Below are positions 1 through 13,224 of a stretch of DNA of 64,000 nucleotides, piece after piece. The notes under the pieces were generated by a model. It saw nothing but the letters and a program-made list of their open reading frames with translations, did no database searches and was not told the origin of the DNA. Location of the stretch: NCBI RefSeq assembly GCF_009914755.1, contig NC_060936.1. One strand, given 5' to 3'. The first letter of the stretch is position 1. The number at the start of each line of letters is the position of its first letter. This DNA is from the human T2T-CHM13v2.0 reference genome, Homo sapiens. A program made the translations under genes and the position numbers.

Positions 1-80
1 AGAGATCAAAGAAGATCTAAATGAATGGAGAGAAAAGTTCATGTTCAAGGATTAGAAGACTCAGCTTTTTTTTTTTTTTC

Positions 81-1720
81 CTTCAAGATGGCTAACTAGA
101 GACACTGGACACCAGTTCTCCTCAGAAAGAAGGACCAAAATTACATATAGATAATCACATCTTGAATAGGCTATCAAGGAGGGTTTACTAGAACCCAATA
201 GAGAACTCCTGGGAAAACAACAACAACAAAAAAAAACTGAGGCACAGAAAAGGAAGAAAGCAAGAGGCCAACGTGGCTAGCATAGATCAGCTGGGAGTCA
301 CAAGGGACTTGGTGTTGTGTGGAAAAGGTAAGTGGAAATACTTTTACTCCCCTCATTCCTGTGGCAGACTGCCAGTATTTAAACTGTGGGAGAACTCCTC
401 TGCACTTGCAAGCCCTGACATCATTGAAGGTAATGATTTGGAGATTTCTCGAGAACATTACACCAGACTATGAATTCAGGCTGCGTCACTTGCCTTCCCC
501 TGACACTCAAGTGACTGTGGTGTGTTGCCATTGTCAGGGCACAGCCACTGGGGGACTGTATCTTTCCCTGGGAACCTCAGCTCTTGTGCTCCACATCTTG
601 GGAGTTCTTGCAGGTATTCCTCAGCACCTACTCAGACAGCAGCAGCAGTACAGTGCTAGCTGGACCCAAGATAACTGCAGGGTTCCCAGGGATCTAGCCC
701 TCAGGGAGTACTACTCCTAAGGGAAAGTAAAGTGTAGCATACAACAGGGAAAGCCCCTGGGACAAAGGAAACCAAAGCACATGCCTTCTAGGGTCTACCA
801 GCTCACTACATGGGGCTGTGATTGGCAACTCCATCCGCCAGAGACCCAAATTCTGTGCTGGACTCTGTAAGCAAGAAGCAAAATCCCATCCCACTGGCCG
901 AGTCACCTCGGTGCCCTAACCCATGCATAGAGGGGAGGACTTCTCCCTCTCCACTCATCACGGCAAAGGCTGCCATTTCTCCTTCCATGGGAAGTTGACA
1001 CAGGCAAACTAGAAGGCAGGCTGCCTGGGAATGTGAAGGGTGGCTGAGTGTCCACCGGCAGCATGAACTCCTGACCCCAGCTTGCCCAAAATGTAGGGTC
1101 CTTCCCCATCTCTGCATGAAGTTGTAGCTTTCCTGCCATGGAGACCAGGAGAGCTGTAGAGCTGTATTTGGTGTTGTTGGGAGAGACTTTACACTGTGCT
1201 CCAGACCACACAGAAGTTTAGTGGTGAGCCATGGAGCAGGCATCTCCTATGGCTCCATGCCACATTGCAATTTGGAAGTAAACAGCAGTGTTTAACCAAG
1301 CTGAATATCCCAAGCACCAGGATGGGCATATGACAGATAAACAGATCACATTCCTGCCTGCCAAGGCCACAGCACTGAGATAGTCCCATCCTTCTCTCCC
1401 AACCCCTTTTCAGGGACCTCAGCACATTTCATAAAGGTCCCAATGACTTCCCTGCTACCCCCATCGGGGTTGGTGCTTGAACGTGCTATTAGTGGACCCA
1501 AGGGCAGCAGGCTTGTTCGATCCAGCTCCATTTAGCTTCATCCTTTCTCCCAGGCTGTGTTCTGGGAACAAGCCCATTGTCTGAGGCCCTGGAGTGCTTC
1601 CCTCCATAAGTGAAGATCAGGCATAAACCATGCTGCTGCCACCGGCAGTCAGTTCTTATCTGTGAGTGCCACCTACTGGCCTGGAGGTTGACCTGAACAA
1701 CCCAGTACAAACTCTTTTGA
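81..1720 (+). mobile_element. L1 5' UTR fragment (L1PB/L1MA-era 5' end)
   Basis: Begins cttcaagatggctaactagag...agataatcacatcttgaatag, a typical start of older primate L1 5'UTRs. It is GC-richer than its flanks and no ORF1 follows. Confidence 0.65.
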
Positions 1721-1975
1721 CACAAGTATTAAACGTAATGGCAAAAGTTGGCATTCTGATACAATCTAACTTCAAGACTTACTATGAGGCTACAATAATC
1801 AAGAAAATGTGGCATTGGGGTAAGAATATAAACACAGATCGAGAGAACAGGATAAAGCCCCAAAATACATGTAAACAAATATGGTCAATTTATCTTTGAC
1901 AAAGAAGCAAAAGCAATTCAATTGAGAAATTACAGTCTTTACAAGAAATCACGCTGAAGCAAATTGGATGCCCAT

Positions 1976-2397
1976 TGCATAGTTTGTTTGTATTGCTATA
2001 AAAGAATACCTGATCCTGGGTAATAATATAAAGAAAAGTGGTTTCTTTGGCTCATGGTTCTGCAGGGTGTGCATGAAGCATAGTGCCAGTGTCTCCTTCT
2101 GGTGAGGGCCTTAGGAAACTTACAACTATGGAAGAAGGCAAAGGGGAACGAGAGTGTCACATGGAGAGAGAGGGGATAAGAAGAGAGAACAGAGAAAGTG
2201 CTAGGCTCCTTTAAACAACCAGCTCTCATGTGAACCGATAGAGTGTGAACTCACTCATTACCATGAGGAGAGCACTAAGCCGTTCATGAGGGATTTGCCC
2301 CCATGATCAAAACACCTCCAACCAGGCCCCGCCTCTAACACTGGGGATCACATTTCAGCATGAGATTTTGGAGGGGACAAACATTTAAACTATATCA
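1976..2397 (-). mobile_element. MST-family (MaLR) solo LTR
   Basis: TG...CA termini, MST motifs (ggctcatggttctgcagg; catgagattttggaggggacaaacatttaaactatatca) and a degraded 5-bp TSD cccat/tctat. Confidence 0.85.
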
Positions 2398-5300
2398 TCT
2401 ATATGTAAAAGATGAACTTAAGCATCTTACACTTTTCATTAAAATTAACTCAAAATTGATAATAGAGCTAAATGTAAAATACAAATTATAAAATTTCTTG
2501 AAGAAAACAAAAAAGTGTGCATGACCTGGGTTTGATTATGGGTTTTTAAATACAACATTAACAGGACAATCCACAAATTTAGCTATCAAAATTATAAACT
2601 TTTGCTCTGCTAATGACACTATTGAAGGAATGGAAAGATAAGCCACAAACTGCAAGAAAGTATTTGCAAAACACATATCTGATGACGGACTTGTATCTAA
2701 AATATATAATGGACTTTGAAAACTCAACAGGAAAGTGAACAGCCCAATTAAAGATGGGCAAAATATCTGAATATCAGACACCTGACAAGATGATACACAG
2801 ATACCTTAAGTAAATAAAAAGATGTACAATAATATTTGTTATTAGAGAATTGCAAATTAAAATGACAATGAGATATACTATTACATACTAACTAGGGCGG
2901 CTAAAATCCTAAAATATAAATAAAACAAAATAAACAAAAAAAGCAAACCTGACAATGCCAACTGTTGGGACATTTTGAAGACAGTTTGGCAATTTCTTCC
3001 AAAGCTAAATATATTTTTACCAAAGGTCTAGCAATCATGCTGCTAAGTGTTTACCTAACTGATTTAAAAAAGTCCACAAAAATTAACTTTTTATAGCATT
3101 ATAAATGTTTATAGCATTTATAGCATTGATAATCACCAAAAGGTAGAGGCAACAAGGATGTTTCAATAGATAAATAGATAAATAAGCTGCAACATATTTA
3201 TAAAATGGAGTCTATTCAGTGGTAAAAAAGAGATGAGCCATTAAGTCACAAAAACACATAGATAAATCTTAAATGCCTATTGCTGATTGGAAGAAGGCAC
3301 TTTAAAATAGCTACATATTATATGATTGCAATGTATATAACATTCTGAAAAAGGCAAAACTATGTGAAGACAGAAAACAAATAAGTTTTCCAGGGTTTTA
3401 GGAAGGCAGTTGTTCAGTTGGTAAAACACAGGGGCTTTCTTTTTTTTTTATGAAGGTGAAACTTTTATATACAATACTGTAATGTTGAGTACTGGACTGA
3501 TACTATGACATTGAGGACTAGACACTAAGCACTTGGCAAAGTCTACATAAGCTTATAATATGAAAAATTACCTTAATGTATGCAAGTTTTATCAAATATA
3601 ATTTAGGATATCAGGAGATTCCAGCATAGAATTCAGAAAATGACAAAGAATATAAATGAATTACAAATGCATAAAATAAACTTGTTCAAGGGTTAGGGTA
3701 ATAAGGTGATAACCCAAATAACTGTTGAAATGACTGGAATTTGTAAGAATAACAGCAAAAAGTAACTACATAATCGCTCCAGTTGATAAAGTAGCATCTA
3801 CAAGGGTAAAGTTAATTAATCATTCTTAAACCGCTATACGTAAACAGTATAACTGAACAATTACATAAGGTTGATGGCAAATGTTGGTAGCTGGAATTCC
3901 TACAGTTAGATTTGGAGATTTTAAATAAGCAAGAGAAGGAGGCAAGAATGATCTATGTGATAACATGTTAAGATTTGGAGGCATTGGAGTAAACTCATGT
4001 TTAGATTAATATCCATACAGATGGTTAAATATTAAAAACATGGAGATACAAATTTTTAAATACATGGGATAGTATTCAGGTGTATATCTCCTTGTGGTAA
4101 AGCTAGAACCAATGGGCGTCCCGTAGCAACAAGGAAACCTGACACTCAGATCTTGGTTTCTAATATTATTATTCAGTAAAAGGGACCAGAACCAGACCCC
4201 CTGGAGAAATATCTGTTTATAGGACTGACTCAGGTTAGATACAAGGTAAGCCTGGAACATCCTGTAGTATTAGAGTATAAGAATATGTTAAAGAAAAAAC
4301 AGCAAAAAACACACACACACACAATGATAAGGGTATGTCAGAAGACATAGGAGCAAAATGAAAGAGCTTGCAATGGCCACTAATAGAACAATTTGAGTGA
4401 TAAAATAAAGTAGTACTGGGTTTTAACCAAATGTATAAAGTAAATATATGTGAACCAATAGAGGAATCAATAAATCATTGAATAGATAAATAAATGAAAG
4501 AGAAGAGACAAATTTATCACATGGAATAATTCCAAATAAATCCTGTAGATACTCTACCCTTGATGACATGCATCAATACTTTGCCCTTCTTAAGTGTAGG
4601 CTACACGTTTTCATTTTCTTTCACAGAGTATAATATGGAAAGGGAGGAAGAAAGATTAGTTTTACAATGGAGGAACCTATCAAACTCTGCCTCAGCCAGT
4701 TAATCAAGATTAACATCAACAGTGCTGAGTCAAATTGAAGGTAGGTATTAACCTTGGGATAATGTGATGAGAATGTCACATTAACTTTGTGGTCTAACTC
4801 TTAAAAACATACGGCCTTGGTTTAATCATGAGAAAAACTTCATATACGTTCTAATTTAGGGATATTCTGCAAAATATCTGATGAGTACTCCTCAATACTG
4901 TCAAGATAATCAAAAACAAGGAAAGTCTGAGAAACTGCCACAGTCAGAAGTAGCCTAAGGACTCATGACAACTAAATGTAATATGTTATTATAGTTGAAA
5001 TTATGAAACAGAAAAAGGATTAAAAACTAAACAAATTTGAAAAAACTGTCGACATTAGTTAAAAACAATTTATCAATATTGGCTCACTAATTATAATAAA
5101 AGTGCCATATTAATATTAGATATTAATAATGGGAAAATGAATATGAAATATATGTGGAATCACCATAGTATCTTCACTATTTTTCTGTAAATCTGAAATG
5201 ATTCAAAAATAAAATGTTTATTAATGAACAATATAATATCTGAAACAGGTGGATCCAATAACAGATTAGAAAACACATTGATAATCAGGAACTTAGGTAA

Positions 5301-5835
5301 CTTTAAAATGTTGAGATTGAAGCAAAGATTGAAAAAGAGATGGAAAATGACAAAAGGAATGTAATAGTGCAGCGGAAAACCATAAAAGATCTCAAGTAAT
5401 TGCAACTGAAATCTCTCCAAAAAAAAAAAGGAGAGAAAGAAGCTATAGTTGAGGTAATACTTAAGAATTTTCTAAAACTGACAAAATATATTAAATCACA
5501 GATTCAAGAAACTTTACAAATCCTATAGAGGATTAAAACAATGGTCAGAAATCCAAGAAGGTCAAATTCAAGTCCTGTATGAAAATCTAAGAGAGGAAAC
5601 TAACTTATTACGGTGATGAATCAGAGGACGTTTTCCATGGAAGATATGAATAATTACAGGGCTATAGCAAGGTGAAAAAGGCAGAAAAAGAAGTATTCAA
5701 GGTAAAGACAACAGGAAATATAAAATCCATATGCAGGAAGGAGCATGGCAAATAAAAATGTTATGGTAGGCAAACCAGAATTTTCAGCATTCTTGAAGTG
5801 AGGAGAAAAAAAATGTATTTTGAAGTCTGTTCATT

Positions 5836-6140
5836 CGTCGGGCACAGTGGCTCATGCCTGTAGTCTCAGCACTTTGGGAGGTCAAGGCAGGAGGAGAGCT
5901 TGAGCTCAGGAGTTTGAGACCACACTGGGCAACGTAGCAAGACCCTGTCTCTACAAAAAATACAAAATTAAAAAGTAGCTGGGTGTGATGGCACGTGCCT
6001 GTGGTCCCAGCCACTTGGGAGGCTTAGGTGGGAGGATTGCTTGAGCCTGGGAGGTCAAGGCTGCAGTGAGCCATCATTGTGCCATTGCATTCTAGCCTAG
6101 GCAACAGAGTAAGAGCTTGTCTCAAAAAGAAATAAATAAC
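5836..6140 (+). mobile_element. AluJ
   Basis: Dimeric Alu with J-type motifs (gagctcaggagtttgagacc, gggaggattgcttgagcctgggaggtcaaggctgcagtgagc) and an A-rich tail. Confidence 0.93.
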
Positions 6141-6222
6141 AATAGGTAAAATATGTTAATGAGAGGGCTCGTTAATGCAAAGTTGGGAAACTATGAGAGT
6201 TACAAACTGTGAACTGTGAGGT

Positions 6223-6386
6223 GAATCTTGTTTCTGTATCTGTCATTTTCTGAGCCTTACTGTCCCTAAGAGTCTGGCATACTGTCTCCAAGCAGCTCCA
6301 AAATTCAGATACTAACCTATTAGTCTCAGCTGGAGGTCTTAGAAAATCAGTCTGATCACCCCAGCTTGGGACATGAGCTTGTATTA
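6223..6386. repeat. Copy 1 of a ~165-bp dispersed duplication (copy 2 at 9207-9375)
   Basis: Shares the exact run tctgtatctgtcattttctgagccttactgtccctaagagtctggcatactgtctccaagc with the 9.2-kb copy. Confidence 0.95.
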
Positions 6387-6705
6387 GTACACCAGCTAGA
6401 GAGGGACCAACACTATCATTTAATGTTACCACAGTAGTATTAGCCAGGTAGATTAACTTCACCCCAATCTCAACCATTCTTGACTCTAGCTTGCATCCCT
6501 GCTTCTTTAGACAAATACTGATTACTGAAATGTTTGCTTTCAAATAAGAGAATTACATGTGTATTATTGAATATAAGAAACTGAGCAGTACTCTCCACAT
6601 CAGAGAACAGAAAACAATGGGAAGCCCTATACCCAGAATACTAGCACTGAAACCCACATCCTGGTAGCCCATTTCCATATTTCCTCTAAAGACCCAGAGA
6701 CAAAC

Positions 6706-7264
6706 TGTCATAAGATGATAGGACAGGCACAGACAGGATAAAGCCTTTCAATATAAAATGTTAGTGAGGTGGAACCAGAGTTGATTAACAGCTGGACTGG
6801 GAAAGCTCGGTCTTTTTATCTTGGGACTTCTGAATGTCTGGTTTTTGACTCTTGGCAAGATGAGAGTCATGGGATTTATGATGCAATGTTTAAGGTCTGA
6901 CACTTCCCTGGTGACCCACAGGACCAATTTCTTAACAGCTGCTTTGCAACTGGCCAAACTTATTTGACAAGAGTAGTTTGATTATTTAAAGGGATAGTGA
7001 TTTTTTTTTGGAGAAGCACCCCCTAGTCCAAGATTTCTGCATAGATCATGGCAGCTAAAGCCAGAGACTCAGCATGGTCCGTGAATGTGTTTAAAAAAAT
7101 TTTCTTAAAAGGAAGTCATTGTGGAATGTCTCTTTAATCTCTAATACCTACCTGCACCCTGTTTTACTCTATTGCATCTTTGTCTTTAAATAAAATCCTA
7201 TGTGATTATAGTTTGTGGAGAATAGTGAGTCCTTTCAAATATCAGAACCAGGATAAGCGACACA
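6706..7264 (+). mobile_element. Putative old ERV LTR
   Basis: TG...CA-like ends, with aataaa ~7189 followed by a U5-like gtgagtcctttcaaatatcagaacc. Family not identified and no clear TSD. Confidence 0.35.
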
Positions 7265-7690
7265 AGTATACAAATAGAAATGACCAAGTATTTGAGGAAA
7301 GCCAATAAAATGACTAAATGTAATTGATATTTTCAAAGACATGTTAGAATATAGTGTATCAATAAACAATCAAGCTAACCACGTAGGATTTTAAAGCTTG
7401 CTAGATGAAAGTAAAAGCTAATGATAAAAATAGTAATAAAAACCTTAATAGGCTCAGGTGAATTTCTGTATAGATACTTTTGAGTAGTGAATTAAATGGC
7501 TGTAAAATTCAGTGTAGGAACTAGTTCAAAATATAGTACAAAAGAATAAGGGAATACAATGATAAAAGTTGAGACATGGCAAATGAATAATAAAGTTTAA
7601 CATCTGTCTACTAGAATAAGAGAACTAAAAGTAGAAAATAGAGAGATTCTATCGGATTTCAAACAGGGATAACTGAACTGAAGAAAATAG

Positions 7691-8128
<438 letters not shown>

Positions 8129-8864
8129 TAGACATATACATACATATGCATGTATGTATTTATACTCTTAGTTTCTCTTATCCTTTGAATCTGTAATAAT
8201 TTCTTTAATCTTTAACTTATCTTAGCCTAAGATATGTGTCAGAAACTGTAAATTGGCTTGGTATAATCATTCCTACCCCTTTCTAGCACATATCTCTTTT
8301 CAGTAAGGATAGACAGCTAAGAACCAGAACAAAAGAAAGCAAAAAGCAAATAAAAATTCATACATATTTTAGTCTAAATGCATATATTTCTGGTTATTGT
8401 TTGATTTTCACCAATCTTATACACATGTGTGAAGCTTTAAAAGTAAGCTACCTATAGAGGGTGGCAAAGTATAGCACATCCATTTTGATGGTGGGGTTTA
8501 ATGGCTCAGACCCCATATCTATGGTTCTTTGATTCTGCGTTTTCCTGCTCATGCCAGAGGCACTGACTATCTTTGAGAGCCAGTTATATTGTGTGGTTAT
8601 AGAAACTATTCTTGAACATTCAACCCATAGACTATTTCCTGAATGCCTGCCATGATTCTATGAGCCATATATACCCTTTAATAAATCTCCATCTACTTAA
8701 AATCCTTTTCAAGGACATTCTTTTGTTTTCAAATAAGATTTTTGTCACAAATTCAGAAGAATATTCCTATAAGCATTAGGATTCTTACATGAACTAGATA
8801 AAGTTATTGTTTTAGGAACTATATTTAAGTTGTACTTGCTATACATAGGTGCTAAATCAAAAAG

Positions 8865-9170
8865 AAAGCTAGTGTGGCCCTATGGATATCTGAAAAAGTA
8901 GACTTTAGAACCAGAAGTACCAGTGATGGGCATTACCTGATGATGCAAAAGTCAATTCACCAAAAGACATAACAACCCAAAATGTGTATGAACCTAATAA
9001 CAGAATACTTAACTACTTGAAGTATAACTGATAAAAATGAAAGGACAAAGAGACAAATCCATAATTAAATATAGAGAATTCAATTCTCTAAAACTGATAG
9101 AAAAAGTCGAAAGGATGTCAGCAAGAAAGTTAGATTTGAAAATTGCTATCAACCAACTCCACCTAAAGAA
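8865..9170 (+). mobile_element. Old L1 ORF2 endonuclease-region fragment
   Basis: aaaagtagactttagaacc...gtcaattcaccaaaagacataacaacccaaaatgtgtatgaacctaataacaga matches the L1 EN-domain nucleotide pattern. Confidence 0.7.
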
Positions 9171-9206
9171 AAAACAAGCTAGGACTTAGGAAAAAATCAG
9201 TTCAAA

Positions 9207-9375
9207 GAATCTTGTCTCGCTCTGTATCTGTCATTTTCTGAGCCTTACTGTCCCTAAGAGTCTGGCATACTGTCTCCAAGCCCCTCCAAATATTCAGATA
9301 CTAACCTGTAAGTCCCAGCTAGAAGTCTTAGAAAATCGATCTGACCAACCCAGCTTGGGACATGAACTTGTATTA
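9207..9375. repeat. Copy 2 of the ~165-bp dispersed duplication; runs into an MLT1-like LTR remnant (to ~9560)
   Basis: Direct match to 6223-6386. Downstream ctgacc..cccagcttgggacatg and ggattttgggtggtaaaacaataaatatc resemble old MLT1 LTR ends. Confidence 0.9.
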
Positions 9376-10639
9376 TAACAACTACTCTGGCTAATGGTTG
9401 AGAGTCTAGATTTGACCTAACTGGGTCATATATCACTCCTGTGGAAGGAGAAAGAGCATTGTGAGACTCCATCAGACTCCACGATTTGAGTGAGGGGAGC
9501 AAAATCTCCCTAAACAAAATGGTGAAGGGAGGATTTTGGGTGGTAAAACAATAAATATCAGTGACATTCTACTTCATTGACATCTTTTCCACCAACATTC
9601 CATTTTGGGTAATGTGGGTCCAGCTGATACATCCTCAAGTCTCTTTCTATCTACAAATTACTTAGCAGAAATAATTAATAATTAAGCTTCTTAATATCAC
9701 TTTTACACTATTTTTTGTTCTAATGCATGTTCCCTTGTATTTTTATATGCTGTTTGTTAAACCAAATGATACAGTAGAAGCGATACATTTGGAATTTATC
9801 GAAACAATTATTTTTTCAAAAAATATTCCATAATTATTTTTGTAGACGGTGCCGCTTTCCTTCGGTGTCCACTGTACAAAATGCTACCTACTTTGGGATG
9901 CAGCGTCTCTTGATGAAGCAACCTCCCTGCCAAAAAATTCAGAATATGGATCAGTACAGGGTCATTTTGAATTCCCTTAGGCTGCAAGAAACATATCCAG
10001 CTTGGAATCAACTGGAGACAGATGCCTTATTTCCTAGCACCAGAATTTCCTGTGTAGAATATTTTCTACAGTTCTGGAAGTGATAGCTTGTGGGCATTTC
10101 TGTTTAATCACTTTATCTCCAAAATTGTGTGAACAATATCAGCTTAACGTGAGCCTTTCTGACACTAGAGAAACTAAACATGTGAAAATAGAGCTAATTC
10201 TCTTTTTAACTATCTGGGAGTAATTCTTCACAAAAGCCTGGACTGCTTTTTTGAAGTTTCTCCAAGCTTCTCTCCAGTCCTATGACACCAAAGATTAGGC
10301 CTGCAGCCTAATGGAAACAAAGCAACAGGATCCTGTCAATATCTACTACGACAATATAAGAAGAATTACACCCAGAGCCACATTTTGCTTCAAGTCTTTT
10401 CATTTAAAACATGTATAGCATTAAACTCTTGGGTAATAATGGGTAGCTAGAAGCATTAGTCTTAAGCTCATTAGGGATATGCACATTTGGGAAACCAATA
10501 TATACCCTCTTTTGTGATTGAAAAGGAAGAGTTTTTCTCCAAAAGTTACCAAATAATACTACCAAGAAACACATGAATCTGGTATCATTTTAAAAACTTT
10601 CCAAGTATGCCTCCATATATTACTTTTGCAACTTAAAAA

Positions 10640-11010
10640 AGACTGTAAACCATCTTGGCAAAGAAGAATAAAGTGATCTGAATCACTCTAGCTGATGTTA
10701 AGGCTTATTGTGTAGCAAAAAGTAACCAAGACAGTGCATGATGGCAGAGAGATAGACATGTATGTCCATGGAACAGAATAGAGAACTCATAAATAGAAAA
10801 TTTCTGGGGTGTAAGGCGGCAAAGAGTTCTTCCCTTGACATCAAAAATACATGCCATGAGAGAAAAAAATTGATAAACTGAACTTCCTCAAAATTAAAAG
10901 ATTTGCTTTGCAGAGATTCTGTTAGGAAGATGAAAAGACAAGCCACAGATTGGGAGACCTGCATCCACATATCGGACAAGGAACTGAAACCTGGAATATA
11001 TGGAGAAGAA
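10640..11010 (+). mobile_element. Old L1 ORF2 3' fragment
   Basis: The ORF at 10903 contains VRKMKRQATDWETCIHISDKEL, matching the L1 ORF2 C-terminal RQPTEWEKIFA...SDKGL motif. Confidence 0.8.
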
Positions 11011-11669
11011 TACGTGACACCCTTCCAGAAAATGGCACTTCTCCATCCAAACTTGCCTCTTTTGGAGCTACCATTGTACAAGCTGAAGGATAAAGTGGAA
11101 AGGAAGCATCCCAGCTTTTCTCCATATTAAAAGAACTAAATTAGTAGACAAGCTAGGTCAATGGCAGTTTTAGAAAATGATATTTTGTGGCACTCTAAAT
11201 ACTTACATTACATAAACAGAGTAATGACGTATGGTACTCTGTCAGTACTATGCACAAGTTGAAACTAAAATTAATTTCCTACAAAACTATTTTAAAGTGG
11301 CATATTTATACACAAACAGAAGAGCAATGCAAAGCCCCTAGCAAGTGGGCAAAGATTCAGGGTTCAATCATAATCCAAAAGAGAACTGTTAAACCAAAGC
11401 TGTTTAACCCGTAAGAACAAAGTAGTGAGAACCATGTTGAAAGGCCAGTCCAGTGTGATTATGACAAAACTGAAAAAGAGAAAATTGTAATTTTGCAAAT
11501 ACAATTTAGTTTTGTTTAGGATAGGAATTCCAAAGGATACTCCTGAATTGAGTTTAGGATCCAAGGTCTAAAGGACAGAAAGGAAGCAGTAAAACTCTAA
11601 ACAAACATTAAAAAAAAAAAAAGCCAGAAGTCATAGTGTTGGGTCACTGAATCCCAGAGCAGTGAAAGA

Positions 11670-11860
11670 AGGCATTAGAGAACTCACATTTATGGAGGAG
11701 CTAAAACATGCCTCACACTATACACTTGCCATCATACTAAAACCTAAAATAACTTATGAGATTAGTAATTTATATTTCCATTTTGCAGACAATGAAATTG
11801 AGATTAAAGGAGTAATTAACAGTCCCAAGATTATAAGTCTCAAAACAGGTGTTGCCTAGC
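11670..11860 (-). mobile_element. MIR fragment
   Basis: Antisense MIR core ccattttgcagacaatgaaattgagattaaagga. Confidence 0.6.
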
Positions 11861-12147
11861 TCTTCCTCTGCATTGTAACAACAAAATGCTAATGTAAATG
11901 AATTAGACCTTAATATGGCTTCAATTTGTATCGTGAGCCACAAGAAACCTTAATATTCATTATTTTTTCTTTCTTTAAACTGAAGCTTTGAACTGAGCTA
12001 AATTTGATATGCCCATTCCTTCTTGTCAGATAGGGAGACTAATCCTTAGAAAAACCCAACGGCTTTTTTGAAGACACACATGGTAGGATGGATTTTTTAC
12101 TCTGTGCAAGGGTCTGTCAGGTTCCGAGTGAAGTGCTCCTCCTATGA

Positions 12148-12296
12148 CACAGAGACAACCTGTTGCTATAGCAGCTCTATTAGCATTATTTTATAATCCT
12201 CAAATCACTATAATCCTGAGTATGGTATTATCTGCTCTAGTCCCATTTCCAGAGTCAGTCCTAACAGAGCTGCTGTAGCAATGGCTGGTCTCTGTG
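12148..12296. repeat. 36-bp inverted repeat with 77-bp spacer
   Basis: 12148-12183 cacagagacaacctgttgctatagcagctctattag versus the reverse complement of 12261-12296 gives 30/36 identical. Confidence 0.85.
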
Positions 12297-12481
12297 CCCA
12301 TTATCATTTGCAGGCATGCTAGTGAGTTTGCAAACAAGTGCTGCCTCTACTGGCTGAGATCATGAGCAAATTACATAGTCTTTACCGTGTTGCCCTTCCC
12401 TCATATATAAACAATGAGGAATAATAGTGCCACAGGATCCACCCCTTAAGTTTCAGTAAAAAAAAAAAAAAAAGCACTGGA

Positions 12482-12540
12482 ATATATATATATACACACA
12501 TACACACACACACACACACATATATATACATCTATATATA
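12482..12540. repeat. (TA)n(CA)n compound microsatellite
   Basis: Read directly. Confidence 0.9.
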
Positions 12541-13224
12541 GTGCTCAATAATATATATGATTAGTAATAGTAGCAATATTAATAGTAGTAATGATTACTC
12601 ATAAAGTAAGAAAGTATTAGGAATGTATAAGAAAAGATAGAAAATAAGGTAGGGAGGATGGCCAAAATATTCTATTTTAATCTGTTTTATTTTGAAATGT
12701 TCTGCCTGAGTGGATTAACAAAAAATGGCATTTCCACTGTTGCCTTTCATAGCAGTGATATATATCAAGGCTTTTATATACTGACAATAGAAACTAAGGC
12801 TAAAATTGATATTTATGTTGATATTATAAATGCTTAAAAATAAATATAAAGTATTATAATTTGCATTTTGTTCTTCCTTAGTTTTCAGAACAATTACAAA
12901 TGTTTACCTTTATATAATACACATAATAGTTATTATATTGAAATATGGTCTTTCAGATATTTATTTTGTTATGTCATAGTATAGTATATTATTGTTATAT
13001 TCAACTTTATAATTTTGGTATTCTGAAAAAAAGTAATAATGATTTTACATCATTGAAATACTGCAGTCGTCACAAAACAAAATTTTATGTTATTTCAAGC
13101 CAATTGGTGTTCATAATTTCTCTCTTTCTTATATTTTACCAGGTACAAAAATGATAATCCTTATTTTCATACTATCTGTTCTCACCTTTCTCTTGCATGT
13201 AAAATTCCTATTTGTTTATTAGCC

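Larger units (their letters stand above)
1..5222 (+). mobile_element. Old L1 (L1MC-like) ORF2 3' end and 3' UTR, interrupted by an L1 5'UTR piece and an MST LTR
   Basis: The ORF at 1666-1899 contains SNFKTYYEATIIKKMWHW, matching L1 ORF2 PDFKTYYKATVIKTVWYW. L1MC-type 3'UTR motifs follow (aaaaacaaggaaagtctgagaaactgccacag ~4913), ending in an A-rich stretch ~5220. Confidence 0.8.

Noticed and set aside
174-1725. Multiple 60-145 aa ORFs
   Set aside because: Inside an L1 5'UTR, with no recognisable protein similarity.
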